Below, piece after piece: positions 9,884 to 18,582 of a stretch of 32,096 nucleotides of DNA (position 1 is its first letter; every line of letters starts with the position of its first letter). The translations under genes and the position numbers were made by a program. Origin of the DNA: an uncultured Isosphaeraceae bacterium (GTDB lineage Bacteria > Planctomycetota > Phycisphaerae > Phycisphaerales > SM1A02); contig CAYXKH010000005.1 in the NCBI GenBank assembly GCA_964465255.1, forward strand, positions 9,098 to 41,193, read 5' to 3'. The notes under the pieces are model-generated. The model was not told the origin of the DNA. It made no database searches and saw only the letters and a program-made list of their open reading frames with translations.

Positions 9884-11903
9884 TTTTGGCGCTGGCCCGC
9901 ACCGGCTTGGCCACTCGCGCCGCCTCGGCCCGTCGACGAGCTTCTTCGGCGTCGGCGAAGTCCTCGCCGAATCGCACCAGCCGCAGGCTGTTGGCGATGA
10001 CGATCACGTATCCAGTGGCGTAGAGGACCGGCGCCACCCAGAGCGAGATCTGTCCGGTCGCCGCGAGTGCCAGACCGATGATGCCCAGGGCCAGGCTCGC
10101 GGCGATGTTCTGTCCGATGACGACTCTGGTGCGGCGAGCGATCTCGACCAGGAAGGGGATGTGCCGCAGATCGTCGTTCATCAGGGCGACACCCGCGGAG
10201 TTCGTGGCGATGTCGGATCCCGAGAGACCCATGGCCACGCCGACTTCGGCGCTGGCGAGGATCGGTCCGTCGTTGATGCCGTCGCCGACCACCAGCGTCC
10301 GATGGCCGCGGCTGATCAGGTACTTGAGTTCCTCGTGCTTCTCCTCGGGGAGGCACTCGGCTTCGATGGCATCGACCCCGACCGCCTGGCCGACGCGGGT
10401 GGCCACGGCGAGTCGGTCGCCGGTGAAGATGCAGATCTTGCGCACGCCGAGTTCACGGAGCTTGCTGACGACCTCCGCAGCGTTGCGACGCAGCTTGTCC
10501 TCGAGGCCCACGGCGCCGAGGTACCGACCGCTCTGCATGACGTGCACGCCGGACATGCCTTCGATGCGGGCTTCGACTGCGGCGATCTTCTCCGCTTCGG
10601 CGGGATTGACGCTCACCAGCCACGAGGCGCGACCGACGTAGACCTCGCCATCGGAGGCATACGCGACGACGCCGCGACCGTGCAGCTCCTCGTAGCGATC
10701 GATGGCGCGGGGACGAATTCGAGCCTTCTCGGCGGTCTCCAGAATCGACTTCGCCAGCGGGTGATTCGAGTACTGCTCGCCGTCGGCCGCGGCCTGGAGC
10801 AGTTGGGCGCCGTCGACGCCGTCGGCCGGCACCAGTCGGCTCACCGCGAACTTGCCCGTGGTCAGCGTGCCGGTCTTGTCCATCACCACGGTGTCGACGG
10901 TCGCGGCCGCCTCAAGCGTCTTGGTCTGCTTGATCATGATGCCGAGCCGCGCGGCCGCGGCGAACGCCGCCACCATCGCAGTCGGATAGGCAATCAGCAG
11001 AGCGCCCGGGCAGGTCACCACCAGCACCGTGATGGCCCGCGCCGCGGCAGCGTTGCGAACCTCGGGATCGGCGCTCTTGCTGGTGAAGAACCAGACCAGT
11101 CCGGCGACCATGAGAACGACGGGGACGTAGTAGGTCGCGAGCTGCTCGATCAGTTCCTGCCGCTCGCTCTTGCTGCTCTCGGCTTCACGAATGAGCTGCT
11201 CGACCTTGCCGATGGTGGTCTGGGAGGCCACCGCGGTGACCTGGATGTCGATCTGCCCGGTGAGGTTGGTCGTCCCTGCGTAGACGTCGGTGCCGGGCTG
11301 GGCCTCGATGGGCACGGCTTCGCCGGTGAGCGAGGCCTGGTTGATCGAGCTGGTGCCGCGGGTCACGCGTCCGTCGACGGGCAGGTTCTCGCCGGGGCGC
11401 ACGCGAACCACCAGACCGGGGCGCAACTGGTCCAGCGAGACCTCGCGTTCCGCGCCGTCGGCCTCGACCACGCGGGCCACATCGGGAGTGAGTTCGATCA
11501 GTTCGCGGATCGCCCGCTGGGCGCCCCAGGCGGTGCGGGAGAGGATCAGTTCCGCAAGCCAGAGGAAGAAGGCCAGGAAGCCGGCGGCGAGAAAGTTGCC
11601 GATGGCAATTGCTGCGAGGACCGCGAGCGACGCGAGCGAGTCGCTCGAGGGGCGTCCGATTGCGAATTCGCTGACCGCGCCTCGGAGGAGAGGGATCACC
11701 AGGATGATTGCGCCAATCAGCGCCGGCACGCTCGCGACCTGCTCGCCGAAGCCGACCAGTTGGGCAATCCAGCCTGTCAGCAGGAGCACGCCACCAACCA
11801 GCGCAATGAAGAGCTGCCGCTCCAGGCGCTCGGCGCCGGCGGTGCCCGACTCACGCAAGGTGCGATCCTGATCTGCGGCTCCAGCGAGGGAGAGTTCCGA
11901 CAT
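9870..11903 (-). CDS. P1B-type heavy-metal-translocating ATPase, 677 aa, no N-terminal metal-binding domain
   Basis: Motifs TGE (LTGEAVP), DKTGTLT, HPLAKSI, GDGINDGPILA and a TM motif TCPGAL. The start is set at the ATG at 11903, preceded by AGGAGG 9 nt upstream. The ORF extension to 12092 was rejected. Confidence 0.9.
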   Translation of the reverse strand: MSELSLAGAADQDRTLRESGTAGAERLERQLFIALVGGVLLLTGWIAQLVGFGEQVASVPALIGAIILVIPLLRGAVSEFAIGRPSSDSLASLAVLAAIAIGNFLAAGFLAFFLWLAELILSRTAWGAQRAIRELIELTPDVARVVEADGAEREVSLDQLRPGLVVRVRPGENLPVDGRVTRGTSSINQASLTGEAVPIEAQPGTDVYAGTTNLTGQIDIQVTAVASQTTIGKVEQLIREAESSKSERQELIEQLATYYVPVVLMVAGLVWFFTSKSADPEVRNAAAARAITVLVVTCPGALLIAYPTAMVAAFAAAARLGIMIKQTKTLEAAATVDTVVMDKTGTLTTGKFAVSRLVPADGVDGAQLLQAAADGEQYSNHPLAKSILETAEKARIRPRAIDRYEELHGRGVVAYASDGEVYVGRASWLVSVNPAEAEKIAAVEARIEGMSGVHVMQSGRYLGAVGLEDKLRRNAAEVVSKLRELGVRKICIFTGDRLAVATRVGQAVGVDAIEAECLPEEKHEELKYLISRGHRTLVVGDGINDGPILASAEVGVAMGLSGSDIATNSAGVALMNDDLRHIPFLVEIARRTRVVIGQNIAASLALGIIGLALAATGQISLWVAPVLYATGYVIVIANSLRLVRFGEDFADAEEARRRAEAARVAKPVRASAKITAA

Positions 11904-12174
11904 GAAAGAGGCCTCCTGAGCCGGGCAGTGTAATGGGAGACGGCGGCAAGACTTGAGGAGATCCAAGGCAAGGACTGCGGCGGGCGCCGCGGGCAACCTC
12001 CACCTACGCCCCGGCGCGGGCCGAGGTTCGCACCAGCGAACCCTGCCGCGGCGCCCCTCGCCGAACCCCCATCGAAGCCCCGGGCACCGCACCGCCCCTT
12101 TGCTGCTCTAGCCGCCCGGAGCGGCATTCACGGGGCGCTGGAGTGCGAGTCCCTTCCTCTATAGTGGCTCCCGC

Positions 12175-13176
12175 ATGAGCACCGGCGTCACAACCATCAT
12201 CGGCGACGGGCAGATGGGGCTGGTTCTCGCCCAGCTTCTGGCCGAGCACTCCCGGCCGGTGCGGCTGACCGGACCGTTTCCCGAACACCTCGAGCGGCTC
12301 CGCGACACCCGGCGCTCGCCGCGGCTTCCCGAGCTGTTGCTCCCCGACGAGGTCGAGTGCGTGAGCGATCTCCGCGAGGCCGTCGAGGGAAGCACCTGCC
12401 TCGTCAACGCGATTCCGACGCAGTTCATCCGGACCGTGTGGGAGCGTCTCGGCGAGTCCGCCGCGGGGGGATCGATCGTCGTGAACGTGGCCAAGGGACT
12501 CGAGGTCGGCTCGATGAAGCGGCCCTCCGAGATCCTCCGCGAGTACGTCGGCGAGCGCGGAATCGTCACCCTTTCGGGTCCGACGATTGCGACCGAACTC
12601 GCCCGGCGGCTTCCCGCGACCGTCGTGGCCGCCTCGCCCGATCACGCAGCGGCCCACGCGGTGCAGGAGACCTTCAGCGGTCGCTGGATGCGGGTCTACA
12701 CCAACGGCGATCTGATCGGCGTGGAGCTCGCTGGCGCGGCCAAGAACGTGATTGCCCTCGCCGCGGGAATGGTCGATGGCCTGGGTGCCGGCTGCAACGC
12801 CAAGAGCGCCCTGCTGGCCCGCGGACTGGCCGAGATCGTGCGGCTCGGCGTGGCTCTCGGGGCCCGGATCGAGACCTTCTTCGGAATCGCCGGCGTCGGT
12901 GACCTGGCCACGACCTGCTTCAGCCCCGACGGCCGCAATCGCTCCTGTGGCGAGCAGCTCGGCCGCGGTCGCACGCTTCACGAGATCCTCGGGACCTCGA
13001 CCTCGGTGGTCGAGGGAGTGGAGACGGCGCGGGCCCTGACGGCACTCGCCGCTCGGCACGGGGTGGACATGCCAATTGCCCGAGCGGTGCACGCGATCCT
13101 CTTCGAGGGACTCGACCCGAGTCGGGCCATCGAGGCCCTGATGGGCCGCGAGCTCAAGGCGGAGAAGGTCGGATGA
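12175..13176 (+). CDS. gpsA: NAD(P)H-dependent glycerol-3-phosphate dehydrogenase
   Basis: N-terminal Rossmann motif IIGDGQMG, plus GPTIATELA and KNVIALAAGMVDGLGAGCNAKSALLARGLAE. Confidence 0.93.
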   Translation: MSTGVTTIIGDGQMGLVLAQLLAEHSRPVRLTGPFPEHLERLRDTRRSPRLPELLLPDEVECVSDLREAVEGSTCLVNAIPTQFIRTVWERLGESAAGGSIVVNVAKGLEVGSMKRPSEILREYVGERGIVTLSGPTIATELARRLPATVVAASPDHAAAHAVQETFSGRWMRVYTNGDLIGVELAGAAKNVIALAAGMVDGLGAGCNAKSALLARGLAEIVRLGVALGARIETFFGIAGVGDLATTCFSPDGRNRSCGEQLGRGRTLHEILGTSTSVVEGVETARALTALAARHGVDMPIARAVHAILFEGLDPSRAIEALMGRELKAEKVG

Positions 13177-13610
13177 CCATCGGAGAGTTCACCACCTCGC
13201 TGCGGATCATGACCCTTCCGCGGGACACCAACCAGTACGGCACGGTCTTCGGAGGCGTGATCCTCTCGGCAATCGACCAGGCCGGCTTCATCGAAGCCAG
13301 GAAGCACGGGCTGCATCGCTGGGTCACGGTGGCGGTCGACCGCGTGGAGTTCCACGCCCCGGTGCTGGTGGGCGACGTCGTGGCGTTCCAGACGCGGACC
13401 AGGTCGAGCGGGACCAGCTCGGTCACGGTCGAGGTGCGGGTCGAAGCCGAGCGCTTCATGACCGGCGATCTGGTCAAGGTGACCGAGGCGACGCTGACGA
13501 TGGTCGCGGTGAATGCCGCGGGTCGGGCGATTCCCTTCACCTCGCCGCCGAGCGTGAGCGTGACCATCGGCAAGGAACGATTCGACGATCCGCACGGCGG
13601 CGCTCGATGA
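13173..13610 (+). CDS. acyl-CoA thioesterase (hotdog fold, YciA/BFIT-like), 145 aa
   Basis: PRDTNQYGTVFGGVILSAIDQAG and VDRVEFHAPVLVGDVV. ATGA overlap with gpsA. Confidence 0.85.
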   Translation: MTIGEFTTSLRIMTLPRDTNQYGTVFGGVILSAIDQAGFIEARKHGLHRWVTVAVDRVEFHAPVLVGDVVAFQTRTRSSGTSSVTVEVRVEAERFMTGDLVKVTEATLTMVAVNAAGRAIPFTSPPSVSVTIGKERFDDPHGGAR

Positions 13611-14233
13611 CCGAGCTCTCCGGTCCCGAGCGCTCGGGCAAGGGCCCACTTCGCACGGCACTGCTCATCTCCGGCGGAGGTCGGACCGCGCTCAACCTCT
13701 TCGACTGCGCCGAGCGCGGCGAGCTTCCAATTGCCCCCGTCGTCGCAATCGCCACTCGCGTCGAGGCTCCGGGGGTCGAGCGGCTGCGGGCTCGCGGCGT
13801 GGTCGTCCACGTGGTGGCGCGAACTGCAGGCGACGACTGCGAGTCGGCCCACGAGCGCACCGACTTGATTCTTCTCGAGGCCGGAATCGAACTCATCTGT
13901 CTCTGCGGATGGCTTCGGCACTTCCGAGTCCGCAGCGCTCGCGCCGACTGGCGCACGCGAGCGATCAACATCCACCCCGCCCTCCTTCCCGAGTTCGGTG
14001 GCCCCGGCATGCATGGGGATCACGTCCATGCGGCGGTGCTGGCCGCGGGTCGCAGCGAGTCGGGTTGCACCGTGCACTACGTCGACGAGCTCTACGACCA
14101 TGGTCCGATCATCCTGCAGCGGCGCGTGCCGGTCCTTCCCGGCGATGACGTTCCGCGGCTCGCGGCTCGAGTCTTCGAAGCCGAGCTTCTCGCCTATCCC
14201 GAGGCCCTGCGAGGGCACGTCACCGGCAGCTAA
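13607..14233 (+). CDS. purN: phosphoribosylglycinamide formyltransferase
   Basis: LISGGGRTALNL, NIHPALLPEFGGPGMHG and SGCTVHYVDELYDHGPIILQ. ATGA overlap with the thioesterase gene. Confidence 0.9.
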   Translation: MTELSGPERSGKGPLRTALLISGGGRTALNLFDCAERGELPIAPVVAIATRVEAPGVERLRARGVVVHVVARTAGDDCESAHERTDLILLEAGIELICLCGWLRHFRVRSARADWRTRAINIHPALLPEFGGPGMHGDHVHAAVLAAGRSESGCTVHYVDELYDHGPIILQRRVPVLPGDDVPRLAARVFEAELLAYPEALRGHVTGS

Positions 14234-14242
14234 GTTGGGTCG

Positions 14243-14273
14243 GACGGCTCGCTCCAAGCAGGACGGAGCCGTC
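14243..14273 (+). terminator. hairpin just after the purN stop
   Basis: GACGGCTC (14243-14250) pairs with GAGCCGTC (14266-14273), with partial inner pairing. There is no U-tract. Confidence 0.3.
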
Positions 14274-14296
14274 AAACACAACCTAGACTCGCCCCG

Positions 14297-15934
14297 ATGC
14301 GCCACCGCGACCGCCATCGCTCGACCGCCGGAGTGATTCGCCTGGTGCTCGTGGCGACCGCGCTGGCGTGTGCCGCCCCGCCCTCCGTGCGGGCCTTCGC
14401 CGAAACGCCGGTGGCGCCACCGCCGCGATCGCCGAGCGCTCCGCCGCCCCTTGCACCAGGCCCGCCACCACGGGTGCCGGGGAGTGCGCCGGATGCGCCA
14501 CTGGGGCCGCGCGATCGGGTCAGCGAGCCCAACGCTCCGGCGGGCTCCGCACCGCGCCGACCGCCGCGGGCGCCGACCGAAGCAGAGATCGTGGCCGCGT
14601 TCGGGCGGGGCGATTACGTCGAAGGACTCCGCCTGGTCGAGCTTGCCCTGCAGGTCACTCCCGACGATCCGCTGCTGCACTACAACGCCGCGTGCGCTCT
14701 GGCCCTGATGGGTCGGCCCAACGACGCCGCCGATCGGCTGATGCGGGCCGTCACGTGCGGCTTCCGCGACTTCCAGCATCTCGAGCGCGACCCCGACCTC
14801 GACTCGATCCGCGACCATCCCACGTATCAGGCGATTCTCGAAGCCCGCGCCCGCCACGACCGCGACGCCGCGAAGTCCGAGGTGGATCGCTGGCGGAGTC
14901 GCTTCGGCGAGGAGCGCTATCGCTACGAGCGCGACGAGCACCTCAACCTGCACTTCGCCACCGCCCTCGAAGAACCCTCCTATGAGCGGATGCGCGAGAT
15001 GCTCACCCGCCAGGCGGATCAGCAGATCGGCACTCTGTTCGCCGCCGCGCCGCGCGAAGCGGTCTTCATCGCGGTGCCGACGACCGCCGACTCCCAGACC
15101 TTCTTCCGCGAACTGGCCGCGCGCGACGCGACCTTCAACAGTCCGAACGTGGGCGGGATCTACGAGCATCGCCCGCGGCGCCTGGTGTCGACCGACATCG
15201 GCGCCTCGTTGCGACACGAGTTCACCCACGCCCTCCACTACGGGGACATGGAACGGCTTGGGCAGCCGCACCCGCTCTGGATCCAGGAGGGACTGGCGAC
15301 GCTTTACGAGACCTACGACCTTCCCAAGGGCGGAGAGATCATCTTCCTCGCCAACGATCGCGACGACGTGATCCGCGGACTGGTCAAGGGAGGCGGGGCG
15401 CTGCCCTGGGCCAGGATGCTGGTGATCGGGGCTGAGGACTTCATGAAGCGGCCCCAGCAGCTTTATCCGCAGGTCCGCTCGATGTTCCGCTTCCTGGCCG
15501 AGCGGAAGAAGTTGGCCGAGTGGTACAAGGCCTACACCCGGTCGTTCGCGACGGACCCGACCGGTCGCAAGGCCTTCGAGCAGGTGTTCGCCTCATCGCT
15601 CGAGGACATCGAGCGCGACTGGCGGCGGTGGGTCTCCGCGCAGCGCTCGGCGAGTCGGGTGGTCGGACCGGGCGACGCGTCGCTTGGCGTCTCCATCGAC
15701 GACGAGCCGGACGGCGCCCGGATCACCCAGCTCATGACGGGTTCCGCAGCGTCGCGGGCAGGGCTGCGCCGCGGGGACGTGATCATCTCCGTCGACGAGG
15801 TTGCGACTTCCTCGGCGGCTGAACTGGTCTCGGCGATTGCCAAGCGGCGGGTGGGCGAAGCCGTGCGGCTGCAGGTGCGGCGCGGGGCCGAGGTCCGCGA
15901 GGTGGTGGTCCGACTCGAAGCGCTGCGAATGTGA
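14297..15934 (+). CDS. secreted TPR / HExxH (DUF1570-like putative metallopeptidase) / PDZ domain protein, 545 aa
   Basis: N-terminal signal peptide (LVLVATALACAAPPSVRAFA), a Pro-rich linker and a TPR-like segment (LLHYNAACALALMGRPNDA). It carries the HExxH motif HEFTH and a C-terminal PDZ domain (GVSIDDEPDGARITQLMTGSAASRAGLRRGDVIISVD). Confidence 0.7.
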   Translation: MRHRDRHRSTAGVIRLVLVATALACAAPPSVRAFAETPVAPPPRSPSAPPPLAPGPPPRVPGSAPDAPLGPRDRVSEPNAPAGSAPRRPPRAPTEAEIVAAFGRGDYVEGLRLVELALQVTPDDPLLHYNAACALALMGRPNDAADRLMRAVTCGFRDFQHLERDPDLDSIRDHPTYQAILEARARHDRDAAKSEVDRWRSRFGEERYRYERDEHLNLHFATALEEPSYERMREMLTRQADQQIGTLFAAAPREAVFIAVPTTADSQTFFRELAARDATFNSPNVGGIYEHRPRRLVSTDIGASLRHEFTHALHYGDMERLGQPHPLWIQEGLATLYETYDLPKGGEIIFLANDRDDVIRGLVKGGGALPWARMLVIGAEDFMKRPQQLYPQVRSMFRFLAERKKLAEWYKAYTRSFATDPTGRKAFEQVFASSLEDIERDWRRWVSAQRSASRVVGPGDASLGVSIDDEPDGARITQLMTGSAASRAGLRRGDVIISVDEVATSSAAELVSAIAKRRVGEAVRLQVRRGAEVREVVVRLEALRM

Positions 15935-15992
15935 GCGAGCAAGACGATCCGGGAGCCAGCCGCAGGGGGTCTCGCTTCTACACTCCCGGCCC

Positions 15993-16916
15993 ATGTCCAG
16001 GTCGCCCCGTCGTGCTCCCGCCGCCGAGTCCAAGCGGTTCTTCCTCCGCGGACTGGCCGTGCTGCTGCCGTCGGTCCTCACGTTGTGGCTGATCGTCTAC
16101 GCCTACCGATTCGTCGAAGGCTTCATCGCCGAGCCTGTGAATTCATGGGTGAAGGTCGGGCTCTATCAGGCCACGACCCGCTCCGAAACCCTCCAGTCGC
16201 TCTTCGCCCCGAACGAGGAACAGGTCAGTTCCACGCTGGTCCAGCGGCAGCGCAACGACCCCGCGGCGACACGCTTGGCAGTGCAGGCGCAGCTCACCCA
16301 GAAGAACATCTCCGACTGGTGGGCGGCGCGGTGGTGGACCAACCTCATCGGTCTCGCGGTGGCGGTGCTTGGCGTCTACACCGCCGGGCGACTTCTCGGC
16401 GGGTTCCTCGGGCGCGGAGTGGTGGCCCGCGTGGAGCGGCTGCTGACCTCGATTCCCATCATCCGCGTGGTCTATCCCTCGGTGAAGCAGGTGGTCGACT
16501 TCGTGATCAGCGACGAGCGGCAGATCCAGTTCAGTCGCGTGGTGGCCATCGAATATCCGCGCAAGGGAATCTGGTCGATGGGACTTGTCACCAACGACCT
16601 CGCCAATCCCATTGCGCCCGAATCCGAGGATGCGGTCACGGTCTTCCTGCCCAGCTCGCCGACCCCCTTCACCGGCTACACCCTCGCCGTGCCGCGCAAG
16701 GACGTCAGGGAACTGCCCATCACAATCGATCAGGCGATCCGGTTCTTCGTCTCGGGTGGCGTGCTCGTCCCCGAACTCGGAACGGCACGCCCCGGCTCCG
16801 GTGTCCGCGGCCCAGTCAGCCCAGCCACGCTGCCCCCGCACGCCACCAGGATCGACGCGCCGCATGCTGAACGATTGACCGAGGAGAAGCGTACCGCTCC
16901 AATCGGACCGGTCTGA
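15993..16916 (+). CDS. DUF502 family membrane protein, 307 aa
   Basis: KRFFLRGLAVLLPSVLTLWLIVY at the N-terminus and VFLPSSPTPFTGYTLAVPRKDVRELPITIDQAIRFFVSGG match DUF502 hallmarks. The start is the ATG at 15993; the ORF extension to 15801 was rejected. Confidence 0.8.
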   Translation: MSRSPRRAPAAESKRFFLRGLAVLLPSVLTLWLIVYAYRFVEGFIAEPVNSWVKVGLYQATTRSETLQSLFAPNEEQVSSTLVQRQRNDPAATRLAVQAQLTQKNISDWWAARWWTNLIGLAVAVLGVYTAGRLLGGFLGRGVVARVERLLTSIPIIRVVYPSVKQVVDFVISDERQIQFSRVVAIEYPRKGIWSMGLVTNDLANPIAPESEDAVTVFLPSSPTPFTGYTLAVPRKDVRELPITIDQAIRFFVSGGVLVPELGTARPGSGVRGPVSPATLPPHATRIDAPHAERLTEEKRTAPIGPV

Positions 16917-17019
16917 GCATCGGTACCCTCTGAACGTTTCAGTTCCCCGTTTCCATCCAATTCGGCGTCCGGTCATTCCAAGGGACCGCGCAACGCCTCT
17001 GCTACGCTGGAGCCAACCC

Positions 17020-17403
17020 ATGCAGATCAACCTGAGCGCCAAGCACATGACTCTGACTCCGGCGATCGAGGAGTACGCCCGCAAGAAGGTCGAGAAGTTC
17101 TCCCGCTACTTCGACCGCATCCAGGCGGTGGGGGTGTTGATCTCCAAGGATCGCATTGGCTTCAGCGTCGAAATCCGAACCGATGTCGAGCATCACGAGG
17201 ACTTCATCGCCACCAGCACGCATGAAGACCTCTACGCCTGCATCGACATCACCTCGGACCGCTCGATCCGACAGTTGAGCGATCACAAGAGCCGGCTCCG
17301 CAACCATCATCAGGGCGCCCACCCGAACACGGGCGGCGTGCCTGGCGCGAGTGGCTCGCCGCGCGGCAAGGGTGCCGATGGCGCCGACGGGAAGAGCACA
17401 TGA
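17020..17403 (+). CDS. hpf: ribosome hibernation-promoting factor / sigma-54 modulation protein family
   Basis: MQINLSAKHMTLTPAIEEYARKKVEKFSRYFDRI is a typical HPF/RaiA N-terminus. GGAG lies 9 nt upstream. Confidence 0.92.
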   Translation: MQINLSAKHMTLTPAIEEYARKKVEKFSRYFDRIQAVGVLISKDRIGFSVEIRTDVEHHEDFIATSTHEDLYACIDITSDRSIRQLSDHKSRLRNHHQGAHPNTGGVPGASGSPRGKGADGADGKST

Positions 17404-17876
17404 AGCTCCGCGAGATCGTCGTCGAGAAGGCGATTGTTCCGCGGCTCGTGGCCGTGCAGCGGGACGAGGTGATCGGCGAGATGCTGGATGTCCTGATCGC
17501 GGCCGGCACGGTCGAGCCGTCGCTGCGCGACGAGTTCATCAAGGCGGTCATCAAGCGCGAGAAGCGCGGTTCGACCGGGGTCGGACAGGGTGTGGCCATT
17601 CCGCACGTCAAGAGCGAGCGGATCGCCAGGCTCTCGGTCGCGGTCGGGGTGAGCGCCAACGGCGTCGAGTTCAGCGCCCTCGATCGTCAGCCGGTGCACC
17701 TGGTCTTTCTCGTGCTCAGTCCCGAGAACCGGCCCGAGGAGCATCTGGATGCGATGCAGGTGATCTTCTCGACGCTGGGCCAGCCGCAGTTCCGGCGGTT
17801 CCTCCGACAGGCCACCACCGTTCAGGAAATCGTCACGCTCCTCGAGGAAGCGGACGCGAGTCACTTCGTCCGTTGA
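17400..17876 (+). CDS. ptsN: PTS EIIA(Ntr)-type nitrogen regulatory protein
   Basis: EIIA-2 fold with the active-site region GVGQGVAIPHVKS. ATGA overlap with hpf; hpf-ptsN is the classic order. Confidence 0.88.
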   Translation: MKLREIVVEKAIVPRLVAVQRDEVIGEMLDVLIAAGTVEPSLRDEFIKAVIKREKRGSTGVGQGVAIPHVKSERIARLSVAVGVSANGVEFSALDRQPVHLVFLVLSPENRPEEHLDAMQVIFSTLGQPQFRRFLRQATTVQEIVTLLEEADASHFVR

Positions 17877-18019
17877 TCGTTCGTCCAGTGGTGTGCGGAG
17901 TGTCCCGGAGCGGGGCTGCCGCAGGCCGAATCTTCGCTTGTCCTTCATGTCCTTCAGATGGACCCTCGGTCGGGACTTCATTCGGTCCCTCACCCCTCGG
18001 CCATCCGCTCGGAGACTTC

Positions 18020-18301
18020 GTGCCGGATCGCTCCTCGGTCATCGTGGTCATCGCCAATCGCCTCGGGCTGCACGCTCGACCGGCGATGACGTTCGTCGAA
18101 CGGGCCATGGCCTTCGACTGCGACGTGCGGGTCCGTCGCGCCGATCAGGACGAATGCGTCGACGGCAAATCGATCATGCAGATGATGATGCTCGCAGCCA
18201 CGATGGGCACGCCCATCGAGATCGTCTGCGAAGGGCCCCAGTCCGACGCGGCCTCGGCCGCGCTCCGCGCCCTTGTCGAAAGCAAGTTCGACGAGGAGTG
18301 A
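18020..18301 (+). CDS. HPr-family phosphocarrier protein (NPr-like), 93 aa
   Basis: NRLGLHARPA (His-15 region) and DGKSIMQMMML (Ser-46 region). GTG start at 18020 with GGAG 5 nt upstream. The in-frame ORF back to 17351 overlaps ptsN and was rejected. The start is moderately uncertain. Confidence 0.85.
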   Translation: MPDRSSVIVVIANRLGLHARPAMTFVERAMAFDCDVRVRRADQDECVDGKSIMQMMMLAATMGTPIEIVCEGPQSDAASAALRALVESKFDEE

Positions 18302-18330
18302 GCGGGGGAGTGAGCGGGGGAGTGGACGGG
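18296..18330. repeat. 12-bp tandem repeat GAGTGAGCGGGG x~3, spanning the HPr stop codon
   Basis: Direct reading: gagtgagcgggg gagtgagcgggg gagtggacggg. Confidence 0.8.
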
Positions 18331-18582
18331 ACAGGTGGTCGCAACGGGCAGCGGGGGACGCAGCCACTGGTGGGCAACTCATCCCTCCGGCCAGTCGACG
18401 TCCCGCTCGAAGGGCTCGATCCTCACCAGATCGCGTTCAAGACGTTCACGACCGCTCAGAGAGAAGAGGACCGCTGCTGCGCGGCTCATCGGCTCCGTTG
18501 AGCGGGCGGCTCGGTAGGCCACCCCGCCTCCTTCAACTAGACTGCTCCGGTTCCCGCAGTCCCCTGTTGAAGGAGTTTCCTG

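Noticed and set aside
18379-18489. 36-aa minus-strand ORF (MSRAAAVLFSLSGRERLERDLVRIEPFERDVDWPEG) in the HPr-secretin spacer, with GGAG 4 nt upstream.
   Set aside because: It is too short, has no recognisable family, and is only the tail of a long shadow ORF. It might be real, but it cannot be supported from sequence alone.
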